A stretch of 64,000 nt of DNA from an uncultured Haloferacaceae archaeon (lineage in GTDB: Archaea > Halobacteriota > Halobacteria > Halobacteriales > Haloferacaceae), in contig CAZCYW010000006.1 in assembly GCA_964503105.1 (NCBI GenBank), positions 15,276-79,275 on the forward strand, written 5' to 3'. The position numbers were made by a program, and so were the translations under genes. The notes below the pieces were generated by a model. The model was not told the origin of the DNA and ran no database searches. It saw nothing but the letters and a program-made list of their open reading frames with translations. Position 1 is the first letter of the stretch. Every line of letters starts with the position of its first letter. Shown here in pieces: positions 20,040 to 30,640 of the stretch.

Positions 20040-20957
20040 ATGAACACACGACGGGCCTGTCTTGTCGACGCCTTTACCGACGAGCCGCTGTCGGGCAACG
20101 CGGCGGGTGTCGTCCCCGACGCACGTGGCCTCACTGACGCACAAATGCAAGCGATCGCACGGGAACTCGGTGCCAGCGAAACCGCATTTATTACCGATTC
20201 GGCCGACGCTGACCGACAGATTCGGTTTTTTACGCCGACACAGGAGGTCGACCTCTGTGGGCACGCGACAATCGGAGCCCATGGGCTGCTTGCGGCGGAT
20301 GAAAGCATCGAGCCGGGGGGCCACACGGTCGAAACGAACGTCGGAACACTCGATATCGAGCTTACCGACGACCGGACCGTCTGGATGACACAGTCGCGGC
20401 CCGAACTCACCGAGGTCGACATCGAGTATGACCGCCTCGCGACCGCGCTCGGCATCGACCCCGCAACCCTCATAGATGTCGGAGCCGACCTCCCAGTCGC
20501 ACGGGCAACAACTGGTCTCCCATTTCTCATTATTCCGGTCAACTTTCTGTCGGCACTCGGCCAGATTAGTCCGGATTTCGAAGCGATCGAGACACTGTCT
20601 GCCGAACAGGATGTCGCCGGCGTCTACGTGTTTACCTTTGATACGTTGTCCAGGGATTCGTCCGTCCACGGTCGGATGTTTGCACCCGCAGCGGGTGTCG
20701 ATGAAGATCCAGTAACCGGCACCGCGAGCGGGGCCTGTGGTGCCTATCTCGAATCGACCGATGCATTCGATTCGTTTCCCGACGAACTCGTCTTCGAACA
20801 GGGCCATTTCATCGATCGCGGCGGACTGGTTCGGGTCCGCGTCGATATCGATGAGCGTGGGCGAAAGCGCGTCCGGGTCGGCGGAAAAGCGGTGACAACA
20901 CTCGATGGAACGCTGACCGTCCCCGACCGTTCGGACGACGAAATCCTCGAAGTATAG
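20040..20957 (+). CDS. PhzF-family isomerase (phenazine biosynthesis-like protein)
   Basis: 305 aa; PhzF/DapF-fold with conserved GNAAGV and E...ETAF motifs. Confidence 0.8.
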   Translation: MNTRRACLVDAFTDEPLSGNAAGVVPDARGLTDAQMQAIARELGASETAFITDSADADRQIRFFTPTQEVDLCGHATIGAHGLLAADESIEPGGHTVETNVGTLDIELTDDRTVWMTQSRPELTEVDIEYDRLATALGIDPATLIDVGADLPVARATTGLPFLIIPVNFLSALGQISPDFEAIETLSAEQDVAGVYVFTFDTLSRDSSVHGRMFAPAAGVDEDPVTGTASGACGAYLESTDAFDSFPDELVFEQGHFIDRGGLVRVRVDIDERGRKRVRVGGKAVTTLDGTLTVPDRSDDEILEV

Positions 20958-21053
20958 TCGATTAGACGGTTCGAGAACGAGAGTGACGCAGCAAAAATGC
21001 ATGATTGTCCACAAAAGATTTTTGCCCGATAGCAGCCGACGTATAGATGAATT

Positions 21054-23366
21054 ATGGCCATCCAACGGCTCACAGACGTTCGGTCGGCTGATATTGAGAC
21101 GGTCGGTGGAAAAGGAGCCTCGTTAGGCGAGTTGACTCACGCCGGCCTCCCCGTCCCGCCGGGATTCGTCGTGACTGCGGCAACCTATCGGGAGTTTGTT
21201 GACCACGTCGACGACGAGACAGGGCTGTTTTCTGCCTTGGACGTCGATCCCGCTGACGACGAGGCACTCGCTCAGGCGGCCGAAAACGCCCGTCAGCATA
21301 TCATGGAGACGCCGCTTCCGACAGCGGTCCGTGAAGAAATTCTCAGTGCCTACCGCGCCCTCGGCGACGAGAGCGGCCAGGCCGAGCCGTTTGTCGCCGT
21401 CAGATCGTCGGCGACCGCCGAAGACCTGCCGGATGCCTCGTTTGCGGGCCAGCACGACACCTTTCTCAACGTGACCGAGGAGACGCTGCTCGAACGAGTC
21501 AAAGAGTGTTGGGCATCGCTGTTCGCCGAACGGGCGGTCCACTACCGGAATAACCAGGGCTTCGATCACGAGTCGGTCGATATCGCGGTCGTCGTCCAGC
21601 AGATGGTCGATGCCGACAAATCCGGGGTCATGTTCACGCGGCACCCTTCGACCGGCGACCGACAGATGATCGTCGAATCGGCGTGGGGACTTGGCGAGGC
21701 AGTCGTCTCGGGAACCGTCTCACCGGATCACTACGTCATCAACCCCGAAACCGCAAGCGTCGTCGAGGAGACGATTGCCGACAAGAAACAGCGGATGGTG
21801 AAAAACGCCGAAACCGGCGAGACGGCCATCGAAGCCGTCCCGGAGGCCGACCGGACGGCCCGCGTGATTACTGATGCAGAAATCGATCGGCTCGTCGAAC
21901 TCGGCCAGCGGGTTGAGGATCACTACGGCGAGCCGCAGGATGTCGAGTGGGCTATTGTTGATGAGACGGTATTCATGCTGCAGTCGCGGCCGATCACGAC
22001 GATCCGCGAGGCTGCCGAGGCCGACCAGTCAACTGCAAACGGCGGGGAGTTGGCTGGCGATCAGCCGAGCGATAGCCACTCCGACGAGGTGCTCGTCCGC
22101 GGTGTCAGTGCCAGCCCAGGAGTTGGCTCGGGAGCCGTCCGAATCGTGAAAAAGCTCGACCATCTCGATCAGGTAACAGACGGCGACATCATCGTCAGCA
22201 AGATGACGATGCCGGATATGGTACCCGCGATGAAACGCGCCGCGGCCATTATTACTGATGAGGGCGGGATGACTTCGCACGCCTCGATTGTTTCGCGCGA
22301 AATGGGTGTTCCGGCGGTTGTTGGTACACGCAACGCGACGCAGGTTCTCAAAAATGGCCAGACGGTGACCGTCGACGGCGAAATGGGAACCGTCCGCGCA
22401 GGTGGGCCAACCCATGAGGACGAGCCAGCGATCCAGCCGGACCCGGTAGAGGCGGTTCGCCCCCAGACGCCGGTCAAGCCGATGACCGCCACGGAGGTCA
22501 AAGTCAATCTCTCGATTCCGGAGGCCGCAGAACGGGCGGAGGCAACCGGAGCCGACGGCGTCGGGCTGCTGCGAATCGAGCACATGGTAATTTCACTCGG
22601 CAAGACGCCCGAACAGTATATTGCCGACCACGGCGAGGACGCCTACATTTCCGAGCTTGTCGAGGGAATTCGGACCGTCGCCGAAGCCTTCTATCCGCGG
22701 CCGGTGCGCGCGCGAACACTCGACGCACCGACCGACGAGTTCCGTGAACTGGAGGGCGGCAGCGAGGAGCCACACGAACACAATCCGATGTTAGGCTACC
22801 GAGGGATCCGCCGGAGCCTCGACAAACCCGATCCGTTCCGCTGTGAGCTGGCAGCGTTCAAGCGCCTCTTCGAGGTCGGCTACGATAATGTCGAACTCAT
22901 GTTGCCACTGGTCAACGACGCCGAAGATGTCGAACGGGCCAAACACCACATCGAGGCCGTTGGCATCGACCCCGAGAAAGCCCGGTGGGGCGTGATGATC
23001 GAAACGCCCGCAAGCGCACTGTTGATCGAGGAGATCGCGGCGGCGGGTGTCGATTTCGTTTCGTTCGGTACCAACGACCTGACCCAGTACACGCTGGCGG
23101 TCGACCGGAACAACGAGTACGTTGTCGACCGATTCGACGAGTTGCATCCAGGCGTGTTGCGACTCATCGAATCGACAATCGAGACCTGCCGCGAACTCGG
23201 TGTTGACACGAGTATCTGTGGACAGGCCGCCTCAAAACCACCGATGGTCAAATTCCTCGTCGAACAGGGCGTGAGTTCGATTAGCGCGAATATCGACGCA
23301 GTCCGGGATGTCCAACACGAAGTCAAGCGGGTCGAACAGAAGCTCCTGCTTGATTCGGTTCGCTGA
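21054..23366 (+). CDS. ppsA: phosphoenolpyruvate synthase (pyruvate, water dikinase)
   Basis: 770 aa; ATP-grasp N-domain (GGKGASLGE), phosphohistidine domain (GGMTSHASIVSREMGVP), PEP-utilising C-domain. Confidence 0.9.
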   Translation: MAIQRLTDVRSADIETVGGKGASLGELTHAGLPVPPGFVVTAATYREFVDHVDDETGLFSALDVDPADDEALAQAAENARQHIMETPLPTAVREEILSAYRALGDESGQAEPFVAVRSSATAEDLPDASFAGQHDTFLNVTEETLLERVKECWASLFAERAVHYRNNQGFDHESVDIAVVVQQMVDADKSGVMFTRHPSTGDRQMIVESAWGLGEAVVSGTVSPDHYVINPETASVVEETIADKKQRMVKNAETGETAIEAVPEADRTARVITDAEIDRLVELGQRVEDHYGEPQDVEWAIVDETVFMLQSRPITTIREAAEADQSTANGGELAGDQPSDSHSDEVLVRGVSASPGVGSGAVRIVKKLDHLDQVTDGDIIVSKMTMPDMVPAMKRAAAIITDEGGMTSHASIVSREMGVPAVVGTRNATQVLKNGQTVTVDGEMGTVRAGGPTHEDEPAIQPDPVEAVRPQTPVKPMTATEVKVNLSIPEAAERAEATGADGVGLLRIEHMVISLGKTPEQYIADHGEDAYISELVEGIRTVAEAFYPRPVRARTLDAPTDEFRELEGGSEEPHEHNPMLGYRGIRRSLDKPDPFRCELAAFKRLFEVGYDNVELMLPLVNDAEDVERAKHHIEAVGIDPEKARWGVMIETPASALLIEEIAAAGVDFVSFGTNDLTQYTLAVDRNNEYVVDRFDELHPGVLRLIESTIETCRELGVDTSICGQAASKPPMVKFLVEQGVSSISANIDAVRDVQHEVKRVEQKLLLDSVR

Positions 23367-23451
23367 GACGAACTGAACAGTCCAAGAGAGTCGAACACGA
23401 ACGTTCGACAACGAAATAACACAACGGCTAAACCGCACTCTCCGGTACTAG

Positions 23452-24564
23452 ATGTCGATGCAGCGTATTCGGCGTTCAACGCCGCAGGAGTTCGATCGCG
23501 TGCTTTCCTCGATGTGCACCCGCCCGCATCCCGATGCCCAAGCGGCCGCCGTCGACTTTCTTTCAACGAATCCTGGAGATCCCGCAACCTACCAAGCGGT
23601 CGCCGACCTCGAAACACAGGCCGTCGACCTGCTCGGTGAGATTACCGGCCTCAGCGATCCAGACGGCTATATCGCAAGCGGCGGGACCGAGGCCAATATC
23701 CAGGCGGTTCATGCCGCGCGGAATCTCGCCGAAACAGATGAACCAAATCTTGTCGCGCCCGAAAGCGGCCATTTCAGTCTGACAAAAGCCGCCGAGATGC
23801 TGGGTGTCGAGCTTCGGACGATCCCGGTCGACGACAACTATCGTGCGGATCTCGACGCCGTCGAGGCCGCCGTTGACGATGACACCGTCGTCGTAGTTGG
23901 CGTCGCCGGCACCACCGAGTACGGTCGAGTCGATCCCATTGCCGCGATGACCGAAATCGCCCACGACACTGGGGCACGAATGCACGTCGACGCCTCGTGG
24001 GGCGGATTCATTTTGCCGTTTACCGACTACGAGTGGTCCTTTGAGGACATCCTGATCGACTCGATGGCAATCGATCCCCACAAGTTCGGACAGGCACCGG
24101 TTCCCGCCGGTGGATTTCTCGCTCGCGACCGCGAGACGGTCGATGCACTCGCCGTCGAAACACCGTATTTGGAGACGACCTCCCAAGCGACACTGACTGG
24201 CACCAGAAGCGGCGCTGGCGTCGCGGGCGCGCTGGCGGCGATGGAGGCGTTGTGGCCTGTCGGTTACCGCCAGACATATCATGAGCAGATGGATAACGCC
24301 GACTATCTGGCCAGCGAGTTGACCGCGCGTGGAATCGAGACGGTCGAGCCGACGCTGCCGTTGGTGGCCGCCGAATTGGCTCCAGCGACGTTTGAGGTAC
24401 TCAGAGACGAGGGGTGGCGGATATCACGGACGGCCAGCGGGGAGTTGCGGATCGTCTGTATGCCGCACGTGACGCGGGAGGGTCTGGAGGCGTTTTTAAG
24501 TGATCTCGACCGCCATCAGGCTGGTCGGAAGAGTGGGACGGGGACAACCGGCGATAACCATTGA
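23452..24564 (+). CDS. mfnA: PLP-dependent L-tyrosine/L-aspartate decarboxylase (MfnA-type)
   Basis: 370 aa; group II decarboxylase fold with DPHKFG PLP-lysine motif; size and motifs match archaeal MfnA. Confidence 0.7.
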   Translation: MSMQRIRRSTPQEFDRVLSSMCTRPHPDAQAAAVDFLSTNPGDPATYQAVADLETQAVDLLGEITGLSDPDGYIASGGTEANIQAVHAARNLAETDEPNLVAPESGHFSLTKAAEMLGVELRTIPVDDNYRADLDAVEAAVDDDTVVVVGVAGTTEYGRVDPIAAMTEIAHDTGARMHVDASWGGFILPFTDYEWSFEDILIDSMAIDPHKFGQAPVPAGGFLARDRETVDALAVETPYLETTSQATLTGTRSGAGVAGALAAMEALWPVGYRQTYHEQMDNADYLASELTARGIETVEPTLPLVAAELAPATFEVLRDEGWRISRTASGELRIVCMPHVTREGLEAFLSDLDRHQAGRKSGTGTTGDNH

Positions 24565-24686
24565 TATGTCCAGCCTCTATACGGAGCAACCGACTCGGAC
24601 AGTGCTGCTTTGTACGATTCCGACAGTCTCTCAATTCGTAGCGCCCCGCAACTGACGTTTATATTGAATCAGCCTCGACATCCACC

Positions 24687-25097
24687 ATGGCAATCCTGGT
24701 CCCCTACGACGGCTCCGAACCCGCCCAGCAGGCAGTCGAGCACGCGATCACCAACTGGGGCGGTCACGAACTCATTTTCCTGCGGGTGATCGAAGCCGCC
24801 GACGGCTCGCTGGAAGCCGGTGTCGACCTGCTCAAAGAACGGCTCAAGGAGTCCCGCCACGAGGGAGCCGTCGAGCTGACCGACGATCTCCTCGACCGGC
24901 TGGCCGATGTCGAGTACGACGTCGAGACCGCCGTCGGCAACCCCGCCCGCGAAATCGTCGCATTCGCCGAGGACAACAACATCACCCACATCGTCATCGG
25001 GAGCCACGGCCGAAGCGGTGCCTCACGGGTGCTGTTGGGCAGCGTCGCCCAGCGCGTGGTTCGACGTGCGCCAGTCCCCGTGACAGTCGTTCGGTGA
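24687..25097 (+). CDS. universal stress protein UspA
   Basis: 136 aa; canonical ATP-binding motif GSHGRSGASRVLLGSVA. Confidence 0.8.
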   Translation: MAILVPYDGSEPAQQAVEHAITNWGGHELIFLRVIEAADGSLEAGVDLLKERLKESRHEGAVELTDDLLDRLADVEYDVETAVGNPAREIVAFAEDNNITHIVIGSHGRSGASRVLLGSVAQRVVRRAPVPVTVVR

Positions 25098-25245
25098 CGG
25101 TCGTCCAGTGATTAACCGCGCTGGTGGCTGGTCAGGACGGAACCAATCCGCAGTGTTCGGTGCGCCGGCGGTCCACCCGTCGTCTGCACTGACTTCCAAT
25201 TCTTATTGAACAACTGATAACTGCTGAGAGCGCAACTCAGTCAGT

Positions 25246-25638
25246 ATGAACGTGCTTGTGCCGTTCACCATCGCGCCGGTTAGCGAGCGGGCAGTCCGAA
25301 CGACACTCGACCTCTTTGGCGACCGTGAGGACGTCCATATCATCGCCGCACATATCACCACCCGCGAAAAGACCGCCGCCCAGATCGCCGCCAGCGAGAT
25401 CGAATCACTCGGCAGTGAGGCGGACGCAACCGTCGAGGCCGAAATCAAAACAATAAGCAAGCGGTCGCTGTCGAAACCGGTGATCCGGGCAGCAATCATC
25501 GAGCTCGTCGAAACCGCCGACATCGACCTCGTCGTCCTCGGCTACGAGTCGAAGCCGTTGTTTGATCGGGTACTCGAAAGCGATACCACCGGTCGCCTGC
25601 TTCAGAGCCACGAAATTCCCGTCTTGCTCGTGCCGTAA
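25246..25638 (+). CDS. universal stress protein-like (degenerate ATP motif)
   Basis: 130 aa; Usp fold pattern (VLVPF...DLVVLGYES...IPVLLVP) without a clear G-x2-G-x9-G(S/T) motif. Confidence 0.5.
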   Translation: MNVLVPFTIAPVSERAVRTTLDLFGDREDVHIIAAHITTREKTAAQIAASEIESLGSEADATVEAEIKTISKRSLSKPVIRAAIIELVETADIDLVVLGYESKPLFDRVLESDTTGRLLQSHEIPVLLVP

Positions 25639-25704
25639 TCTCTACCGGCTTGTCCCCAGTCGCGAATCAGCGGTTTTTAGGCTATCATCGGTAACTCATA
25701 GCTA

Positions 25705-27828
25705 ATGAGTCATGAGGAATTTCCAACCGACACGCCTGCGGTGGTGACCTGTGGGCTGCCGTACGCCAACGGCGACCTGCACGTCGGCCACTTGCGGACC
25801 TATGTCGGCGGCGATGTCTATTCACGCGCGCTCAAATCGCTCGGCCAGCAGACTGCCTTCGTCTGCGGGTCGGATATGCACGGGACGCCCGTCGCGGTCA
25901 ACGCTGAAAAAAAGGGTGTCTCACCCGAAGCATTCGCCCTCGAATGGCACGAAACCTACAACGAGACCTTTCCCCGTTTCGATGTTGAGTTTGACAACTA
26001 CGGCCACACCCACGATGAGACAAATACCGAGCTAACGAAAGAGATTGTCGGCGACTTGGAGGCCAACGGCCACATCTACGAAAAAGAGATTATGGTCGCC
26101 TACGATCCCGCCGAAGACCAACATCTCCCTGACCGCTATGTCGAGGGCACCTGTCCGTACTGCGGGGAAAAAGCTCGCGGCGACGAGTGCGACGAGGGCT
26201 GTCAACGCCACCTCGAACCCGGCGAAATCGAAGATCCCGTCTCCTCAATTACCGGCAATCCAGCCGAATACCGCACGCGTACACACAAATTCTTCGAGGT
26301 CTCTGAGTTCACCGACTACCTTTCGGCGTTCCTCGACCGCCTCGAAGGCACCTCGAATGCCCAAAACCAGCCCCGAGAGTGGATCGAATCCGGCCTCCAG
26401 GACTGGTGTATCACCCGAGATATGGACTGGGGGATCGAGTATCCCGCCGACGCTGACGAAGACGGCAGTGCCGAAGATCTCGTGCTCTACGTCTGGGTCG
26501 ACGCCCCAATCGAATACATTTCGTCGACCAAGCAGTACACCGACCGGGTCGGCCCCGACGTCTACGACTGGGAGCAGCCATGGAAGAATGAGGGAGAGAT
26601 TGTCCACATCATCGGCCGCGATATCATCCAGCACCACTCGATTTTCTGGCCCGCGATGCTCAACGGTGCGGGCTACACCGAGCCACGGGCGATCATGGCC
26701 TCCGGGTTTGTCACACTTGGCGGCAAAGGATTCTCGACGAGCCGGGATCGCGCCGTCTGGGCCGACGAGTATCTCGACGAAGGCTTTCATCCCGATCTGC
26801 TGCGCTATTATCTCGCCACAAACGGCGGCTTCCAGCAGGACGTCGACTTCTCGTGGGACAAGTTCCGCGACCGCGTGAATACAGAACTCGTCGGCACGCT
26901 CGGAAACTTCGTCTACCGTTCGTTGCTGTTTGCTGCGCGCAACTATGGGGGTGCGCCCGACGCAACGGTCTCCGAAGAAGTCGACAGCCGAATCGCCGAG
27001 GCAATCGAGGAGTTCGAGGCGGCGATCAACGACTACTCGATCCGGAAGGCGGGCAACGCCGCCATTCGGCTTGCGCAGTTCGGCAACGAGTACATCCAGC
27101 ACAACGAGCCCTGGAAACTCACCGACGATGACCCCGAGGCTGCCGCCCAGGTCATCTACGACTGTGTCCATCTCGCAAAGGCGCTGGCGGTACTCTTCGA
27201 GCCAATCGCTCCCGACACCTGCGAACGGCTCTGGGCGCAACTCGGCGAATCGGGCAGCGTTCACGAGACAACCGCCGACGCCGCACTTGAGGCTCCAACC
27301 GGGAACTTTAGTGAACCTGATGCGCTCTTCGAGAAAATCGAGGAAGAACGTGTCGAGGAACTCAACGAGAAACTCAACGAGCGAGTCGCCGACGCGACTG
27401 CAGACGACGAAGACGACGAAAACGAAGACAACACAGACGAATCCATGACAGACGAAACAGACGACAGCGATGACAGCGACCCGACGGCCGATCTCGAAGC
27501 ACTCGTCGATGACCGAATTAGCTTCGGCGACTTCCAAAGCCTTGACCTCCGCGTTGGCGAGATCCTCTCAGCCGAGTCGGTCGAGGGCGCGGACAAACTC
27601 GCAAAACTCGACGTCGATATCGGCCACGAGGAACGACAGCTCGTCGCGGGAATCAAACAGCTCCATGATCTTGAGGAGCTCCCGGGAACGCGCGTGATTA
27701 TCGTCGCCAACATGGAGAAAGCCGAACTCTTCGGCGTCGAATCCAACGGCATGTTGCTGGCTGCTGGCGACGAGGCAGACATCCTGACGACCCATGGCGA
27801 TTCGGAGCCGGGAACGCGCGTTCAGTAA
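25705..27828 (+). CDS. metG: methionine--tRNA ligase with C-terminal tRNA-binding (EMAP-like) domain
   Basis: 707 aa; HIGH (ANGDLHVGH) and KMSKS-class motifs, Zn knuckle (CPYCG...C), acidic D/E insertion before the C-terminal OB-fold. Confidence 0.9.
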   Translation: MSHEEFPTDTPAVVTCGLPYANGDLHVGHLRTYVGGDVYSRALKSLGQQTAFVCGSDMHGTPVAVNAEKKGVSPEAFALEWHETYNETFPRFDVEFDNYGHTHDETNTELTKEIVGDLEANGHIYEKEIMVAYDPAEDQHLPDRYVEGTCPYCGEKARGDECDEGCQRHLEPGEIEDPVSSITGNPAEYRTRTHKFFEVSEFTDYLSAFLDRLEGTSNAQNQPREWIESGLQDWCITRDMDWGIEYPADADEDGSAEDLVLYVWVDAPIEYISSTKQYTDRVGPDVYDWEQPWKNEGEIVHIIGRDIIQHHSIFWPAMLNGAGYTEPRAIMASGFVTLGGKGFSTSRDRAVWADEYLDEGFHPDLLRYYLATNGGFQQDVDFSWDKFRDRVNTELVGTLGNFVYRSLLFAARNYGGAPDATVSEEVDSRIAEAIEEFEAAINDYSIRKAGNAAIRLAQFGNEYIQHNEPWKLTDDDPEAAAQVIYDCVHLAKALAVLFEPIAPDTCERLWAQLGESGSVHETTADAALEAPTGNFSEPDALFEKIEEERVEELNEKLNERVADATADDEDDENEDNTDESMTDETDDSDDSDPTADLEALVDDRISFGDFQSLDLRVGEILSAESVEGADKLAKLDVDIGHEERQLVAGIKQLHDLEELPGTRVIIVANMEKAELFGVESNGMLLAAGDEADILTTHGDSEPGTRVQ

Positions 27829-27831
27829 TCA

Positions 27832-27846
27832 GCGGTTTTGTTTTAT
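27832..27846 (+). terminator. T-rich tract downstream of metG (archaeal oligo-T terminator candidate)
   Basis: ggttttgttttattg 3-17 nt after the stop. Confidence 0.35.
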
Positions 27847-27862
27847 TGTCGAGGTGGTTCGC

Positions 27863-28255
27863 TCACGACCGGCGTCCTACGGATGATTCCCCAATAGGTG
27901 CCCCCTTGAGTCGGAGGATACTGATCGCCTCATCGAGTTCGTCCTTGTCGTAGACCTCGATGGTAGTGGTGTCGTGGGTGTTGTCGCTGTCAACATACTC
28001 GACAGTGAGTTCGCAATCGCTCTCATCGGTAGTAACGGCCGTGATGTCGTAGATGTCGACGGTCGGTTCGGGCCGGAGAATCGTGGCGACCGGGAGGCTG
28101 AAAATCACGATGGTTCCGGCGATTGCCAGCGCAGAGCCGAGACCGACACTGGCTAGCTCGGCGAGCGTATTGTCCGCGAAAAACGCCTCAAGAATAGGTT
28201 GTAGCGGCCTAAATAGTCCAAAGGCCGCAAGGCTAGCGAGGATGTTTTTCGCCAT
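27863..28255 (-). CDS. small membrane protein (2 TM) with acidic C-terminal domain
   Basis: ORF 27863-28483; likely start at the internal ATG 28255 (MAKNILASLAAFGL...); otherwise unknown. Confidence 0.35.
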   Translation of the reverse strand: MAKNILASLAAFGLFRPLQPILEAFFADNTLAELASVGLGSALAIAGTIVIFSLPVATILRPEPTVDIYDITAVTTDESDCELTVEYVDSDNTHDTTTIEVYDKDELDEAISILRLKGAPIGESSVGRRS

Positions 28256-28419
28256 TGAATTGTCTCCGATTCGCTTGGACACCCCAACTGCGATGCCACG
28301 GAGGGTGTGGCGTGTGTGGAGACTCCCGTTGACGACGCGGGCAATACCGGTTGTCGTCGAAAAACTCCAGACACCGGTCTGTTTCATACAACTGCATACA
28401 ACATACCTACTAATAGATG

Positions 28420-28575
28420 TTAGCTTGACATAATCTATGTATAGAACATGCCCAATAAATGGGCGTGTTTGTGACGAATGCACAGCAAATCACCATAATC
28501 GGTGGAAAACGTACATGAATATTTGCGCAGAGAGAACCGTACCGTGGGGCTTTTTTAAGCCGTCTGCCCAAGCGC
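28420..28575 (+). promoter_or_regulatory. AT-rich putative promoter region (TATA/BRE-like) upstream of pyk
   Basis: local GC well below genome average; several TTTWWW/ATAGAT-type boxes (taatagatgttag, ctatgtatagaac) within ~100 nt of the ATG. Confidence 0.3.
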
Positions 28576-28580
28576 CCGGT

Positions 28581-30332
28581 ATGAGAAATGCGAAAATCGT
28601 CTGTACACTCGGACCGGCCTCGAGCGATACGGAAACAATCCGTGCGCTCTCCGAGGCAGGGATGTCTGTTGCACGGCTCAATGCAAGCCACGGGACGACC
28701 GAACACCGGGCGACAGTCATTGATCGCGTCCGCAAGGTCGACGACGAGAGCGATCGTTCGTTGGCGCTAATGGTTGACCTCAAAGGTCCGGAAGTCAGAA
28801 CCGCCGAAATCGAGGGGTATGTGACGCTCGAAGCCGGTTCGGAAGTAATCTTTGCGGAGGGTGATACCTCAACAGCAGACCGCGTCGGCCTCTCGGTGTC
28901 GATTAGCGAGGTCGAACCGGGCGATACAATTTTGCTTGATGACGGCCGCATCGAGGCAACAGTCCGCCGTGTCAACGGCGAAGAAGTCGTTGCCGAAATC
29001 GTATCGGGCGGCAGACTCCAGAGTCGAAAAGGCGTTAACATTCCCGGTGTCGACCTCGATATCGAGCTAATTACCGAAGGCGACCTCGACGAGCTCAAAC
29101 TCGCAGCCGACAAAAATGCTGATTTCGTCGCCGCCAGCTTCGTCCGCGACGGCGAAGACGTCTATTCGATTGCCGACCAGCTCGACGAGTTCGGCGCTGA
29201 TATCCCCGTCATTGCCAAGATCGAACGGGCCGGGGCCGTCGAAAACCTCGACAGCATCATCAACGCCGCCGACGGCGTCATGGTCGCCCGTGGCGACCTC
29301 GGTGTCGAGTGTCCACTCGAAGACGTCCCAATTGTCCAAAAACGCATTATCAAGAAATGTGTCAACGCCGGCGTGCCAGTGATCACGGCGACCGAAATGC
29401 TCGATTCGATGGTCAAAACCCGGCGGCCGACCCGTGCGGAGGCCTCCGATGTTGCCAACGCGGTACTTGACGGCACCGACGCCGTCATGCTCTCGGGTGA
29501 GACGGCAATCGGTGACCATCCCGTCCGCGTCGTCGAGACGATGGCCAACATCGTCAACGGGGTCGAGGCAACCGAAGAGTACGCCGAAACGGTCGAACAA
29601 CGGGTTCCGTCTGCGACCGATCAGTCGCGGACGGAAGCGCTTGCCCGCTCGGCACGGTATCTCTCGCGAGATATCGGTGCGGCCGCTGTCGTTGCTGCCA
29701 GCGAATCCGGCTACACCGCGCGAAAAGCCGCAAAGTTCCGGCCGCCGGTCCCGATTGTGGCAACAACACCGGATGATCAGGTCCGCCGGCAGCTTGCATT
29801 GGTCTGGGGCGTCACCCCGCAGTATCACCAGTACGAAGACGACGTGGAGACCATTCTCGAAGCCAGTGTACAGGCTGCACTCAGCACAGGAGCAGCCGAA
29901 AGTGGCGATACCGTCGTCGCGATTTCGGGGCTCCTCTCAGGAATCGAGGGCGCTCACACGACGAATATGCTCAAGGTCCATGTCGCAGCCGAGAAAATCG
30001 CTAACGGCAAACAGATTACCGGTGGCCGTGTCGCCGGCGAGCTCGTTCGGGTAACCGACGGCGACCTCTCGGAGCTCCCCGAGGGCGCAATCGTCGCGCT
30101 CAGTGAATCGTTCGACGGCGAATTTACTGGCGGACTCGAAAAACTCGGCGGGATTGTCGATGCCCGAAACGACCTCACCGGCTACCCGGCAGTCGTCGCC
30201 CGCGAGCTCGGCATTCCGATGCTCAGCGGTGTGACGATTCCAGAGACGGTTGCAGACGGCCAGACGCTGAGTATCGATGCCGAACGCGGCATCGTCTTCG
30301 AGGGCAACGTGCTCCGAAGTGGGACACGCTGA
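28581..30332 (+). CDS. pyk: pyruvate kinase with C-terminal PEP-utilising (mobile) domain
   Basis: MRNAKIVCTLGPAS N-terminus at ATG 28581; PK barrel motifs (MVARGDLGVE); ~100-aa PEP-utilisers-like C-terminal extension typical of haloarchaeal PK. Confidence 0.85.
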   Translation: MRNAKIVCTLGPASSDTETIRALSEAGMSVARLNASHGTTEHRATVIDRVRKVDDESDRSLALMVDLKGPEVRTAEIEGYVTLEAGSEVIFAEGDTSTADRVGLSVSISEVEPGDTILLDDGRIEATVRRVNGEEVVAEIVSGGRLQSRKGVNIPGVDLDIELITEGDLDELKLAADKNADFVAASFVRDGEDVYSIADQLDEFGADIPVIAKIERAGAVENLDSIINAADGVMVARGDLGVECPLEDVPIVQKRIIKKCVNAGVPVITATEMLDSMVKTRRPTRAEASDVANAVLDGTDAVMLSGETAIGDHPVRVVETMANIVNGVEATEEYAETVEQRVPSATDQSRTEALARSARYLSRDIGAAAVVAASESGYTARKAAKFRPPVPIVATTPDDQVRRQLALVWGVTPQYHQYEDDVETILEASVQAALSTGAAESGDTVVAISGLLSGIEGAHTTNMLKVHVAAEKIANGKQITGGRVAGELVRVTDGDLSELPEGAIVALSESFDGEFTGGLEKLGGIVDARNDLTGYPAVVARELGIPMLSGVTIPETVADGQTLSIDAERGIVFEGNVLRSGTR

Positions 30333-30370
30333 GACGGTAGGTCTTTGCCGACAGCGGCCGTTGTGACCGT

Positions 30371-30568
30371 ATGAGTCAGCAGCCCGCAGAGAAGCCCGAA
30401 TCCGAGGAGCACGAGTGGAAATACGGCATCGACGATGTCGGCCCCGAGGCCGAACCCGAGATTCCCGAACCCGATCCAATCGAGCCCGAGTCGGTCTCGC
30501 TGGAGCATGCAAGCTTCGTCACCCTCGGTGTCGTCTTGACACTCGTCGTTGTGGCAACCGCGCTGTAA
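30371..30568 (+). CDS. small acidic protein with C-terminal TM helix
   Basis: 65 aa; immediately upstream of and co-oriented with the nfeD-SPFH pair. Confidence 0.35.
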   Translation: MSQQPAEKPESEEHEWKYGIDDVGPEAEPEIPEPDPIEPESVSLEHASFVTLGVVLTLVVVATAL

Positions 30569-30640
30569 CTGACGACCTGGTTGCCGAGCGTTGCGAGCGG
30601 TTCATGTAACCATTAAACACGTCGAACACCTACAGAGGGT

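Noticed and set aside
20010-21065. 351-aa minus-strand ORF
   Set aside because: Antisense to the PhzF-family gene, which has recognisable family motifs; the ORF has no motifs.
26245-27537. 430-aa minus-strand ORF
   Set aside because: Antisense to metG (unambiguous MetRS motifs).
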